NCBI GenBank assembly: GCA_944387575.1
Contig: CALXFK010000064.1
Location: 20,689 to 84,688, forward strand
Length of the DNA stretch: 64,000 nt
Reading direction: 5' to 3'
From: an uncultured Clostridia bacterium
Lineage (GTDB): Bacteria; Bacillota; Clostridia; Oscillospirales; JAAYOS01
Position numbers and translations under genes: made by a program. Positions 16,157-26,691 of the stretch are shown here, piece by piece; the first letter of the stretch is position 1, and each line of letters begins with the position of its first letter. The notes under the pieces were generated by a model. That model was not told the DNA's origin. It saw only the letters and a list, made by a program, of their open reading frames with translations, and did not search any database.

Positions 16157-16880
16157 GCTTGAAGATCTCAGTAAGACCTTTGACAGTGGACGTGAGGTGC
16201 TGCGCGGCGTCAATTTCGACGACGAGGTTACTTCGCTTGCTATAATCGGTCCGTCGGGCGGCGGAAAGTCGACGCTTCTCCGCGTAATCGGGGGTCTGCT
16301 CTCGCCGACGTCGGGCAGCGTACGGGTGGATGGACGCGAGATTGTCCAGGACGAGCGCCACCTGACGCAGTACCGCCGGGAGGTGGGGTTCGTGTTCCAG
16401 CAGGGCGGGCTCTTCCACCACATGACCGGCAGAGAAAATATAATCCGCCCGCTTGTCGTGGTGCACGGGATGGGCGAGAAAGAGGCGGGAAGGCGCGCCG
16501 ACGAGCTGCTCGCGCGGTTCGGGCTGGAGGAGGATGCACACAAGCTCCCCGCGGCGCTTTCCGGAGGGCAGCGGCAGCGTATCGCAATTGCCCGTGCGAT
16601 CGCTCCCGGACCGCGACTGCTGCTTCTGGACGAGCCGACAAGCGCGCTCGACCCGGAGTACACCACCGAGGTTCTGGACATGATAAACGAGCTGAGCCAG
16701 AGCGGTATACGATTTATCATTGTTACGCACGAGATGGGGTTTGCGCGTCGCGCCTGCGAACGCGCGGCGTTCCTGTACGGTGGGACAATTCTCGAATACG
16801 GTTCGGGGCGCGAGCTCTTCGAAGCGCCAAAGACGAAGGAGCTCGGTCAGTTCCTCGGGAAAATGTTTGAATGGCAATAG
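16146..16880 (+). CDS. Amino-acid ABC transporter ATP-binding protein
   Basis: Walker A is GPSGGGKST, the signature is LSGGQRQR and Walker B is LLLLDEPTSALD. I chose the ATG at 16146, which overlaps the permease stop, rather than the track start at 16056. Confidence 0.9.
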   Translation: MRIELEDLSKTFDSGREVLRGVNFDDEVTSLAIIGPSGGGKSTLLRVIGGLLSPTSGSVRVDGREIVQDERHLTQYRREVGFVFQQGGLFHHMTGRENIIRPLVVVHGMGEKEAGRRADELLARFGLEEDAHKLPAALSGGQRQRIAIARAIAPGPRLLLLDEPTSALDPEYTTEVLDMINELSQSGIRFIIVTHEMGFARRACERAAFLYGGTILEYGSGRELFEAPKTKELGQFLGKMFEWQ

Positions 16881-16951
16881 AGGGGACCGGGGCGCGTCGG
16901 TGCTCCGGTCCTGCTGCCTTCGCGTGGCGGGCGGCGGGAAATGGGCAATGA

Positions 16952-16980
16952 TTGACATTGACCGCTGCAACGCTTATAAT
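16952..16980 (+). promoter_or_regulatory. Consensus sigma-A promoter upstream of the FemAB-family gene
   Basis: The elements are TTGACA (16952..16957), exactly 17 bp of spacer, and TATAAT (16975..16980). This places the transcription start downstream of the GTG at 16983 used by the ORF track. Confidence 0.65.
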
Positions 16981-17024
16981 CTGTGGTGACAAGCTGCAGG
17001 GGGGTAAATATTTTGGCGGAAAAC

Positions 17025-18101
17025 ATGGTTGAAATAATAACCGATAAGACGACACCAGAACTTGATGCGTTTGTGGCGTCGCATCCCAAAGGTCACTTCA
17101 TGCAGACCTCGCTCTGGGCGGCGCAGAAGCCGGAGTGGGGATGGGCGGCGATCTGCCGTAGGGACGCCGAGGGCAGGATAGCGGGCTCGCTGTCCATGCT
17201 CATCCGTAAGGTGCCGAAGCTCCCGTTTTCGCTTGTGTACTGCTGCCGCGGTCCGGTGTGCGACCCGGAGGATCTCGACATGATACGCGATCTGCTTGCG
17301 GGGGCGAAGTTCCTTGCGCGGCGGTTCCATGCGTATGCGATAAAGATAGACCCAGACATTCCGGTGGGGGAGAGCTCCGCCACGATGGCACGCGCACTCA
17401 AGGAGGCGGGGTTTCGCCTTGCGGGAACCGGCAAGAACTTCGAGGGAGCGCAGCCCCGGTTCGTGTTCCGGCTGAATATAGAGGGGCGGAGCGAGGAGGA
17501 GCTTCTCGCGTCGTTCGAGCAGAAGACACGGTACAACATCCGGCTTGCGCAGCGCAAGGGTGTCGTGGTACGGGAGACCGGGCTTGCGGGTGTTGCCGAC
17601 TTCTCGCGGCTCATGGTAGAGACCGGACTTCGCGACAACTTCACGGTGCGCCGTGCAGGATACTTTGAGAACATGCTCAAAAACCTCGGCGAGCACGCCA
17701 GGCTGTACATGGCATATATCCCGGACGGGGAGGGCGGCGAAGTACCGATAGCGGGTACACTCGCCATTCACTGGGGGGACAAGGTCTGGTACCTTTACGG
17801 AGCGAGTTCGAACGAGCACCGCAACTACATGCCGAACTACCTCCTTCAGTGGACGATGATAAAGTGGGCGCTCGAGCTTGGATGCCGGATATACGATTTC
17901 AGAGGCGTGAGCGGCGACCTCGACGAGTCCAATCCTCTCTACGGACTGTACCGCTTCAAGCGCGGCTTCAGCGGTGACTTTACGGAGTTTATGGGGGAGT
18001 ACGACTGCGTCATAAGTCCGCTCATCGACCGAGCGGTGGACATGGGCAGGAAGGTGCTTCGTCGCCGCGCGGCAAAGTCGTTCAGGAAACAGAACTCCTG
18101 A
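17025..18101 (+). CDS. FemAB-family peptidoglycan interpeptide-bridge aminoacyltransferase (FemX-like)
   Basis: Sequence includes MVEIITDKTTPELDAFVASHPKGHFMQTSLWAAQKPEWGW, YNIRLAQRKG and WYLYGASSNEHRNYMPNYLLQW. The start is the ATG at 17025, or possibly the TTG at 17013. Confidence 0.8.
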   Translation: MVEIITDKTTPELDAFVASHPKGHFMQTSLWAAQKPEWGWAAICRRDAEGRIAGSLSMLIRKVPKLPFSLVYCCRGPVCDPEDLDMIRDLLAGAKFLARRFHAYAIKIDPDIPVGESSATMARALKEAGFRLAGTGKNFEGAQPRFVFRLNIEGRSEEELLASFEQKTRYNIRLAQRKGVVVRETGLAGVADFSRLMVETGLRDNFTVRRAGYFENMLKNLGEHARLYMAYIPDGEGGEVPIAGTLAIHWGDKVWYLYGASSNEHRNYMPNYLLQWTMIKWALELGCRIYDFRGVSGDLDESNPLYGLYRFKRGFSGDFTEFMGEYDCVISPLIDRAVDMGRKVLRRRAAKSFRKQNS

Positions 18102-18180
18102 ACGGGACAAATATATACCGAATCCGGATTGTGCAGGAACAAAAAATATTGCCGTCTGAGAGTATGGGGAGTGTGGGAGC

Positions 18181-19272
18181 ATGAAAGAACTGGTTATTCA
18201 GACCGATAGGGTGAAAGCCAACCTTGCGCTCATTCGCAAGCGCGCGGGAGATGCGGTAATTTACGCGGTGCTCAAGGGCAATGCATACGGGCTCGGGCTG
18301 CTTCCGATGGCGCGCGTGCTGCGTGAGAACGGCATTAAGAATTTTGCGCTTACCGATGTGGAGGACGCGATAGCGATGCGTGGCGCCGGATTCGACACCG
18401 AGGAGATCCTCATGCTCCGCTCGACCACAGACCCGGAATATATCGAGGCGCTTGCCGAATATAATCTTGTAGGGACAATCGGTTCGTACGATGCGGCGCT
18501 GGCGGTGGCGGGTGTCGCGGACAGGCGAGGAAGCGTCATAGAGGCACATATTGAGGTGGACACCGGTATGGGGCGCAGCGGATTCCTTCCCTCCGAGATG
18601 GACAAGATGATCTCGGTCTACCGTAATATCCCGAATGTCGCGCTCACCGGAATATACACGCACTTTGCGAAGGCGTTTGCAAGCGAGAAGGTGACGCGCG
18701 CGCAGGCGGAGGCGTTCGAGGGTGTGGTGGACAAGCTGCACCGGGCGGGTATCGACCCCGGTATAATGCACGCGGCAAACTCGTCCGCGCTCTTCAATTA
18801 TGACTTCTGTCGGTATGACGGCGTGAGGATAGGTTCGGCGATAACCGGGCGGGTGCCGACCCGCATGAAGTTCGGGCTCCAGCCAGTCGGAACGCTGCGG
18901 GCGGATATCGCGGAGGTGCGCTGGCTGACCAAGGGGTGTACAGTAGGCTATGGCGGGGTGTACCGTGCAAAGAAGCCGGTGCGGATCGCGATAATACCGG
19001 TAGGATATGCAGACGGGTTCTGCGTGAAGAAGGAGCCGGACAGCTACACTCCGCGCGAGACGCTGATGGGGATGCTGTCCACGCTGAAACGCGGGTTGCT
19101 CAGGCGGAAGGTCTATGTCCGAGTGGGGCAGAGCCGCGCAAAGGTGATAGGACATGTCGGAATGCTACACACGGTGGTGGACGTCACGAATATAGACTGC
19201 GCTCCGGGCGACATCGTGACAATGGACGCAAACCCGATCTACTGCGGGGCTGTGCCTAAGAGATACGAGTGA
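18181..19272 (+). CDS. alr: Alanine racemase
   Basis: The PLP-Lys context is AVLKGNAYGLG. Other motifs are HIEVDTGMGRSG and GYADGF. Confidence 0.9.
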   Translation: MKELVIQTDRVKANLALIRKRAGDAVIYAVLKGNAYGLGLLPMARVLRENGIKNFALTDVEDAIAMRGAGFDTEEILMLRSTTDPEYIEALAEYNLVGTIGSYDAALAVAGVADRRGSVIEAHIEVDTGMGRSGFLPSEMDKMISVYRNIPNVALTGIYTHFAKAFASEKVTRAQAEAFEGVVDKLHRAGIDPGIMHAANSSALFNYDFCRYDGVRIGSAITGRVPTRMKFGLQPVGTLRADIAEVRWLTKGCTVGYGGVYRAKKPVRIAIIPVGYADGFCVKKEPDSYTPRETLMGMLSTLKRGLLRRKVYVRVGQSRAKVIGHVGMLHTVVDVTNIDCAPGDIVTMDANPIYCGAVPKRYE

Positions 19273-19330
19273 CCGGCTGAGGGCGTGGATCGAACAGATG
19301 CAATAATGCTATGAAAACGGAGAAGACACG

Positions 19331-20080
19331 ATGAAAGTGCTGATTCTTGCGGCGGGTAAGGGCAAGCGCCTGCGCGACGGTGAGGGGGACAACACCCCCA
19401 AGGTCATGAAGTGTGCCTGTGGGCGTCCGCTTATAGACTATGTTTTGGAGGCGCTCGACTTTGTGGCGCCGTCGGACATAACGGTGATAGTTGGGTTCGG
19501 ACGGGAGCAGCTCGAGAGCCATCTCGTCGGGAGATACGGCATTGCGGTGCAGCAGGAACAGCTCGGCACCGGGCACGCCGCGAGGTGTGGCATGGATTCA
19601 CTGCCTGCCGATTACGACGGCAGCGTGCTGATAACTGCGGGGGATATGCCGCTCGTGAGCCGCGAGACGTATCTCGCGCTCTGCCTTGAGCATACGCGCA
19701 GTGGTGCGGACTGTACGGTGCTTACCGCAGTCGCCGCAGACCCGACCGGGTATGGGCGGATACTGCGCGATGAAAAGGGTGGGTTCGCCGGAATAGTAGA
19801 GCAGCGCGACTGCACTCCGCAGCAGGCTGAAATAAAGGAGATAAACTCCTCGGTGTACGTGTTCTCTGCATCGGTTCTGCGCGAGAAGCTCGGTCTGATA
19901 GGCAGGGAGAACGCACAGGGCGAGTATTATCTGACCGATGTGCCATGCATGCTTGCGCGGCAGGGCAGGAAGGTCGCCACCTACCGTCTGCCGAACGACG
20001 GCGAGCTCATCGGGGTCAACACCCGCGAGCAGCTTGAGCAGGTGGAGAGGATGCTGAAAGAACGGGGGGAAGAGATATGA
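19331..20080 (+). CDS. Sugar-phosphate nucleotidyltransferase (GlmU N-terminal-domain-like, with no acetyltransferase domain)
   Basis: Motifs are LILAAGKGKRL, QLGTGHA, GDMPL and YYLTD. Confidence 0.75.
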   Translation: MKVLILAAGKGKRLRDGEGDNTPKVMKCACGRPLIDYVLEALDFVAPSDITVIVGFGREQLESHLVGRYGIAVQQEQLGTGHAARCGMDSLPADYDGSVLITAGDMPLVSRETYLALCLEHTRSGADCTVLTAVAADPTGYGRILRDEKGGFAGIVEQRDCTPQQAEIKEINSSVYVFSASVLREKLGLIGRENAQGEYYLTDVPCMLARQGRKVATYRLPNDGELIGVNTREQLEQVERMLKERGEEI

Positions 20081-21462
20081 AACTCTGGCAGGGACGGCAG
20101 AGCGGCGAGGGCGCAAAGGTTGCGGAGGACTTCAATTCTTCGGTGCGCTTTGACAGCCGCATGTACCGCGAGGATATACAGGGGTCGATGGCGCACGCAG
20201 CTATGCTCGGTGCGCAGGGGATAATCGACCCGACCGAGGCGCAGAAGATAATCGAGGCGCTCGCCGGAATTCTCGACGACATAGACTCCGGCACGCTTGA
20301 GATAGACCGCGAAAGTGAGGACATACATTCGTTCGTGGAGGGTGAGCTCACCCGCCGAATAGGGGACGCGGGTAAGCGGCTGCACACCGCGCGCAGCCGT
20401 AATGACCAGGTAGCGCTCGACTTGCGCATGTATCTGCGCGGGCGGTGTCGGGAACTGCTCGGGTTGCTCTCCGGGTTGATAGGCGCGGTGGTCGACAAGG
20501 CGGAGGAGAACCGTGGTGCCATTGCCCCCGGATATACGCACATGCAGCGCGCACAGCCGATAAGCTTCGCGCACCACCTGCTCGCATATGCATTCATGTT
20601 CGAGCGGGATGCGGGGCGACTGCGCGATGCGATAAAGCGGATGAACCTTTCGCCGCTCGGGAGCTGCGCACTTGCCGGAACCACCTATCCGACCGACCGC
20701 AGTTCGGTTGCGTCTACGCTCGGTTTTGACGGGATAACCCTGAACTCGATAGACGGAGTGAGCGACCGCGATTTCTGTCTTGAGATAATGTCCGCGCTGT
20801 CGATACTGATGATGCACCTCTCCCGGTTTTCGGAGGAGATAGTGCTCTGGTCGAGCTGGGAGTTCCGCTTTGTGGAGCTGGATGACGACTACACGACCGG
20901 CTCGTCGATAATGCCGCAGAAGAAGAATCCTGACATGGCGGAGCTCGTACGCGGGAAGACCGGGCGGGTGTACGGCGACCTTGTGGCGCTGCTTGTCACG
21001 ATGAAGGGACTTCCGCTCGCTTACAATAAGGACATGCAGGAGGACAAGGAGGCGGTGTTCGACTGCGTGGATACCGCGTCCGACTGCCTGAAGGTGTTCA
21101 CGCCGATGGTCGAGACCATGCGCACCCATCCGGAGAACATGCGCCGTGCGGCGTCCGCCGGTTTCATAAACGCGACCGACCTCGCCGATTACCTCACGCG
21201 CAAGGGTATGCCGTTCCGCGATGCGTACCGGCTAGTGGGAAGCCTTGTCGCGAAGTGCATCGAGAGCGGAAAGACGCTCGAGACGCTTACGCTCGACGAG
21301 TACCGCGCCGAAAGCGAGCTGTTTGACGAGGACGTTTACACCGAGATAAACCTCGAAAACTGTGTCGAGAGGCGGATATCCGCCGGCGGAACTGGCAGTA
21401 ATTCAATAGAAAACCAGATACATACGCTGCGCCGTGCGCTGCTTGAGTGGGACGGGGAGTGA
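20077..21462 (+). CDS. argH: Argininosuccinate lyase
   Basis: Sequence includes MKLWQGR...DIQGSMAHAAML, TARSRNDQV and GSSIMPQKKNPD. There is an ATGA overlap with the preceding gene. Confidence 0.95.
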   Translation: MKLWQGRQSGEGAKVAEDFNSSVRFDSRMYREDIQGSMAHAAMLGAQGIIDPTEAQKIIEALAGILDDIDSGTLEIDRESEDIHSFVEGELTRRIGDAGKRLHTARSRNDQVALDLRMYLRGRCRELLGLLSGLIGAVVDKAEENRGAIAPGYTHMQRAQPISFAHHLLAYAFMFERDAGRLRDAIKRMNLSPLGSCALAGTTYPTDRSSVASTLGFDGITLNSIDGVSDRDFCLEIMSALSILMMHLSRFSEEIVLWSSWEFRFVELDDDYTTGSSIMPQKKNPDMAELVRGKTGRVYGDLVALLVTMKGLPLAYNKDMQEDKEAVFDCVDTASDCLKVFTPMVETMRTHPENMRRAASAGFINATDLADYLTRKGMPFRDAYRLVGSLVAKCIESGKTLETLTLDEYRAESELFDEDVYTEINLENCVERRISAGGTGSNSIENQIHTLRRALLEWDGE

Positions 21463-21480
21463 GTTGACCGCTCCCCGCCT

Positions 21481-21507
21481 GGGCTTGCGCACGACGCAGC
21501 CCTTTTT
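21481..21507 (+). terminator. Rho-independent terminator after argH
   Basis: The stem is GGGCT(T)GCG / CGCAGCCC with one bulge, followed by TTTTT (21503..21507). Confidence 0.65.
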
Positions 21508-21784
21508 GGATGGAGGAGCGCATCAAGCGCCGTCCGGTGGAATATCGACAGATGTCTTGCAATTTTGCAGGAAGTCCGGGGTTGTCACTTGCAATAATTA
21601 TACACCCTTATTTTACCGCATGTGCTGTGCATATACAACAGTATTGCGCTGCGTTTGGTTGTCGGATTGACCGTTTGTGTGCTCTTTCGCAGAATATATA
21701 ATTTTTTGTCCAAATACTTGCAATTGACGAAGGACGGTTATATAATAGAAAAGTCATTTGACAGTGTTGTTTTATCCTACTTAA

Positions 21785-23155
<1,371 letters not shown>

Positions 23156-23174
23156 GTTTTACAATAAGCGTTAC

Positions 23175-23206
23175 CCACCGGCGCGTTTTGCGCCGGTGGA
23201 TTTTTT
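23175..23206 (+). terminator. Rho-independent terminator after gdhA
   Basis: A 10-bp stem, ccaccggcgc / gcgccggtgg, is followed by a-TTTTTT. Confidence 0.8.
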
Positions 23207-23320
23207 GCCTGCACACCGCATAATGTACAATTTGAAGGGACAGTCAGGGGTCTCCCATGATATAATGATCACAATAGATTTGCCGCAGAGAAAATCAGAC
23301 AGCGAGAAAGGGGAACGAAG

Positions 23321-24208
23321 ATGGGAATTGAACTGAAAAAGTATTACAAGCCGGAGGTCATTGAGTACGGTGAGCTTCTCACGTTTGAGACCAAGATGGT
23401 CACCTTCCCGGACAAACGGGACAGGACGATACGTGTCTGGCTGCCGGAGGGTTACGACGGTAAACGCCGATATCCGGTAATGTACATGCACGACGCGCAG
23501 AACCTGTTCGTGGGTGCGGGCGTCGACGAGTTCAAGTGGTATATCGACCGCGAGATGCGCGCGCTGAAGAATGACAATATCGAGGTCATCATAGTGGGTA
23601 TCGACACCTCGGACGACCGCGGAAGCGAGCTTCTGCCGCCGTACAAGCAGGACGCCGGACACCCGATCCCCCACCGCCCCGGTACCCCGGAACCCACCGC
23701 CTGCGGGCACCTGTACGCCGATTTCGTGCGCGATTACCTCAAGCCGATTATCGACGAGAACTTTAAGACGCTTCCAGATGCGGCGAACACCGGCGTCGGC
23801 GGTGCGTCGATGGCAGGATTGCAGTCGTTCTATATGGCGCTTCGCGACCCGGACGTGTTCGGAAGGGCACTTGTGTTCTCCCCCGCATTCGCCATAATGG
23901 ACAAGAGCTGCATGTCGCTTATCGAGCAGTATGATGCGTCGCGGCTCGCAAATTCACGTATATTTATATTCAACGGCGACCAGAACATCGACGCCGAACT
24001 TCTCGGTCCGGCAATAGAGGTGTACCGCGTCATGAAAGAGAAGCTCGGTCTGAACCCGACCCAGATAGCCATGCTCGTGGATTCTCGTGAGACGCACTAC
24101 ATGACCGCCTGGAACAAGTACTTCCCTGAGTCCATGCGTTACCTATATTCGGAGGACAATTCCCGTCCGTCGCCCCCGGCTCACACCCAAAATGTGCCCC
24201 GCAGATAG
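23321..24208 (+). CDS. Alpha/beta-hydrolase, putative esterase family (esterase D / enterochelin-esterase-like)
   Basis: Sequence includes IRVWLPEGYDGKRRYPVMYMHDAQNLF and a nucleophile-elbow-like GGASMAG. Confidence 0.65.
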   Translation: MGIELKKYYKPEVIEYGELLTFETKMVTFPDKRDRTIRVWLPEGYDGKRRYPVMYMHDAQNLFVGAGVDEFKWYIDREMRALKNDNIEVIIVGIDTSDDRGSELLPPYKQDAGHPIPHRPGTPEPTACGHLYADFVRDYLKPIIDENFKTLPDAANTGVGGASMAGLQSFYMALRDPDVFGRALVFSPAFAIMDKSCMSLIEQYDASRLANSRIFIFNGDQNIDAELLGPAIEVYRVMKEKLGLNPTQIAMLVDSRETHYMTAWNKYFPESMRYLYSEDNSRPSPPAHTQNVPRR

Positions 24209-24231
24209 GCAAGAGCATATTTAAAAAACCA

Positions 24232-24272
24232 ACCGCCCGCCGGATGTGCCACCGACCGTCCCGGCGGGCGGT
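24232..24272 (+). terminator. Putative terminator hairpin
   Basis: A 12-bp stem, accgcccgccgg / ccggcgggcggt, encloses a 17-nt loop. The downstream T tract is weak. Confidence 0.45.
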
Positions 24273-24439
24273 GTTCCGTGCTGTGCTGCGAGCGCAAAAT
24301 AGGGGGTGCACTGATGGAAAAACTATGTTATAATGGAACAGTTGCCGAAGCACACCGCAGCATAGGAACGGTACAGTAACACTGCGTGCTGTGGGTCGTG
24401 GTCTTGGATCCTTGTTTTCATGTTGGAAGGAGAGCCCCG

Positions 24440-26230
24440 TTGAAACTGTTGAAACGCAATATCGCCATGTTGCTTGCGCTAATGTTATGCCTATCTGCGT
24501 CGGCTTACGCCGCAACACCGCAGGAGCAGTCTGCCTCCGTCGGGTTGATGATGCGCAGGGTAGGTGCCGCTGAGTTTGACCGGCTGGGCAGTTTTGGAAA
24601 GACTGGATATGCAGCGGCGGAGCGGGACGGGAGGTATGCTCCGGTAGGAACGGACGGTCGCTGTGTCACCGGGTTTGAATACGTGTGGATGGATACGCTT
24701 GCTGCGGGCGAGCCAGATGCCGAGCTTGTGGCGGTCGCCGCAAAGCCGCTCTATACCGTCACTGTCTATGCGCCGGACGGGGAGCGGGAGGACATGCTCT
24801 GTCGGTTGGTCGCTATTTGGCGTGACGGCAGAGAGATGGTGTTCGAGGCGCGTCAGCGATTCGGGGACGGGACCGAAATATCGGAGCCGTTTACTGCGCT
24901 GCTCGGAGAGCTGCCTGAGATAAGTGTTAGCTACTCGGACGGGGTGGTTCGTATCGGCGGGCGTGCATTCCTGCTCGAGACCGGCGAGGAGATACTGCCG
25001 GATGCCGGGGACGTTATGACCAAGCTCGCGCGTGACCCGTCGCTGCCGTTCGACCGGTTTGTAGTGACCGGGGACGCGGCGGACGGACTGATACCTGTGC
25101 GCGCCGAGAATGGTGTGGGAGGATTTCAGTGCTTCCTGATGGAGAAAAGTGGCAGAATAGTGCGAGTGTACCCCGGAAGCGTCTCAGCCGACGCGATCGG
25201 CGGGATAGACGCGGTGACCGACGGAGCCGTGGTCGCACGGAGCGCGGCGGACGGAGATAAGACCGGGCTTGTGGGGCTTCTGGACGAGAGCGGGAACTGG
25301 GTAATCGAGCCTCAGTTTGAGGAGTACGAGAGCGGGGAGGACGGCGTTTTCTCCTGCGGGCTTTGGGCGGTAAAAAAGGACGGACTGTGGGGCGCTGTGG
25401 ACGGCACTGGAAGCACTGTGATACCGTTCGAGTATGAGAGTATAAGTGTGTTTTCGGACGGATGCGCGGCGGCGCAGTTTGGCGGTGAGCCGGTGATCGT
25501 CACAGACGGCGGCAAACGAGTGGAACTGCCCGGCGAGTGCGGGAATGTGGCATGGCTCGGCGAGCCGGAGGGCGGGTTTGTGCCCGCGTATTCGGCGGAA
25601 GGCGAGCTCGTGTGCTGCATCGCCCTGACCGGAGGCGAGCCGGAGGTGGTAGCGTGTCCGGACGGCGTGTTTGCCGAACCGGGGAGCGCGGCGGCATACC
25701 GCAGCGGGGAGCGCTGGGGGGTGGCGTGCGCAGTTCTCGGAGAGCTGTACACCGCGGAATTTGACGACGTGGAAGCCGGCGCGTACTATGAGCGCGCGGC
25801 GGCGTGGGCGGAGGCAAACGGCATCGCGAAAGGGACGGCGGATGGAGTGTTCTCGCCGGACGAAATGTGTACACATGCACAGATAGTCACCTTTATCTAC
25901 CGTGCACAGGAACCTGTGGTGGCAGCGGAGATCGACGGATATGCGGCGGCGGAGAGCTGGGCGAGAGAGAACGGAGTGGTGAATGGCGATTTCGATCCTG
26001 ATGCGCTATGTACGCGCGCGGATGCTGCGCAGTATCTCTACCGCGCAGCGGGCAGCCCGGAGCCGTGGCGAGGGTGCGTGTTCGGAGACGTTCCGGACGG
26101 GTATGCCGATGCGGTAAGTTGGGCGTATTCGTGTGGGATTGCTGAGGGGACGGCGGATGGAGTGTTCTCGCCGGACGGTGTGTGTACCCGCGCTCAGATA
26201 ATAACTTTTGCATACCGCGCTTATGCGTGA
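24440..26230 (+). CDS. Secreted WG-repeat protein with three C-terminal SLH-like repeats
   Basis: The TTG start at 24440 follows GGAAGGAGAG. The signal peptide is MLLALMLCLSASAYA. WG-type repeats (GLWGAVDGTGSTVIPFEYESI) are present. Three copies of the xxAxxWAxxNGIAxGTADGVFSPDxxCTRAQIxTFxYRA pattern occur. Confidence 0.65.
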   Translation: MKLLKRNIAMLLALMLCLSASAYAATPQEQSASVGLMMRRVGAAEFDRLGSFGKTGYAAAERDGRYAPVGTDGRCVTGFEYVWMDTLAAGEPDAELVAVAAKPLYTVTVYAPDGEREDMLCRLVAIWRDGREMVFEARQRFGDGTEISEPFTALLGELPEISVSYSDGVVRIGGRAFLLETGEEILPDAGDVMTKLARDPSLPFDRFVVTGDAADGLIPVRAENGVGGFQCFLMEKSGRIVRVYPGSVSADAIGGIDAVTDGAVVARSAADGDKTGLVGLLDESGNWVIEPQFEEYESGEDGVFSCGLWAVKKDGLWGAVDGTGSTVIPFEYESISVFSDGCAAAQFGGEPVIVTDGGKRVELPGECGNVAWLGEPEGGFVPAYSAEGELVCCIALTGGEPEVVACPDGVFAEPGSAAAYRSGERWGVACAVLGELYTAEFDDVEAGAYYERAAAWAEANGIAKGTADGVFSPDEMCTHAQIVTFIYRAQEPVVAAEIDGYAAAESWARENGVVNGDFDPDALCTRADAAQYLYRAAGSPEPWRGCVFGDVPDGYADAVSWAYSCGIAEGTADGVFSPDGVCTRAQIITFAYRAYA

Positions 26231-26252
26231 GAATATATTGGAGGAAATTAGA

Positions 26253-26624
26253 ATGAAAAAGATCGAGACAAAGGCGGCGCCCGCCGCAATAGGACCGTAT
26301 TCGCAGGCTTTTGTGAGCGGCGGATTTCTGTTCACTTCGGGTCAGATACCGGTCGATCCGGTGAGCGGAGAGGTGTGCGGCGACAACGTCGAGGCGCAGG
26401 CTGAGCGGGTCATAGCGAACCTCGCCGCAGTGCTCGAAGCTGCGGGGACCGGGTTTGACAAGGTAGTCAAGACCACCTGCTTCCTGCGGGACATGGCAGA
26501 TTTCGCGGCGTTCAACGGTGTCTACGCAAAGTATTTCACTTCGCTTCCGGCTCGCTCGTGCGTTGCGGTGCGTGAGCTGCCGAAGGGCGTGCTCTGCGAG
26601 ATAGAGCTGATCGCCGAGGTGTGA
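26253..26624 (+). CDS. ridA: RidA family reactive-intermediate deaminase (YjgF/L-PSP)
   Basis: Sequence includes APAAIGPYSQAFVSGGFLFTSGQIP and PARSCVAVRELPKGVLCEIE. The ATG at 26253 has a GGAGG RBS. Confidence 0.9.
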   Translation: MKKIETKAAPAAIGPYSQAFVSGGFLFTSGQIPVDPVSGEVCGDNVEAQAERVIANLAAVLEAAGTGFDKVVKTTCFLRDMADFAAFNGVYAKYFTSLPARSCVAVRELPKGVLCEIELIAEV

Positions 26625-26644
26625 TAGGCTCAAAGGTCAAACGA

Positions 26645-26679
26645 AAAGGGCGAACTCACTTCATGTGAGTTCGCCCTTT
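26645..26679. terminator. Bidirectional terminator between convergent ridA and dac
   Basis: A perfect 15-bp stem, aaagggcgaactcac / gtgagttcgcccttt, has a 5-nt loop. Confidence 0.75.
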
Positions 26680-26691
26680 AAAAGTTAAAGC

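Noticed and set aside
24386-24439. N-terminal extensions proposed by the ORF track for several genes, with track starts at 24386, 2758, 6660, 11268, 16056, 16983, 26208, 28188, 28593, 35387, 45460, 54216 and 56704.
   Set aside because: In each case a downstream ATG or TTG has a proper Shine-Dalgarno sequence. That start gives the canonical family N-terminus or signal peptide, or avoids overlapping the upstream gene or the predicted transcription start. The extensions are therefore trimmed in my feature table.
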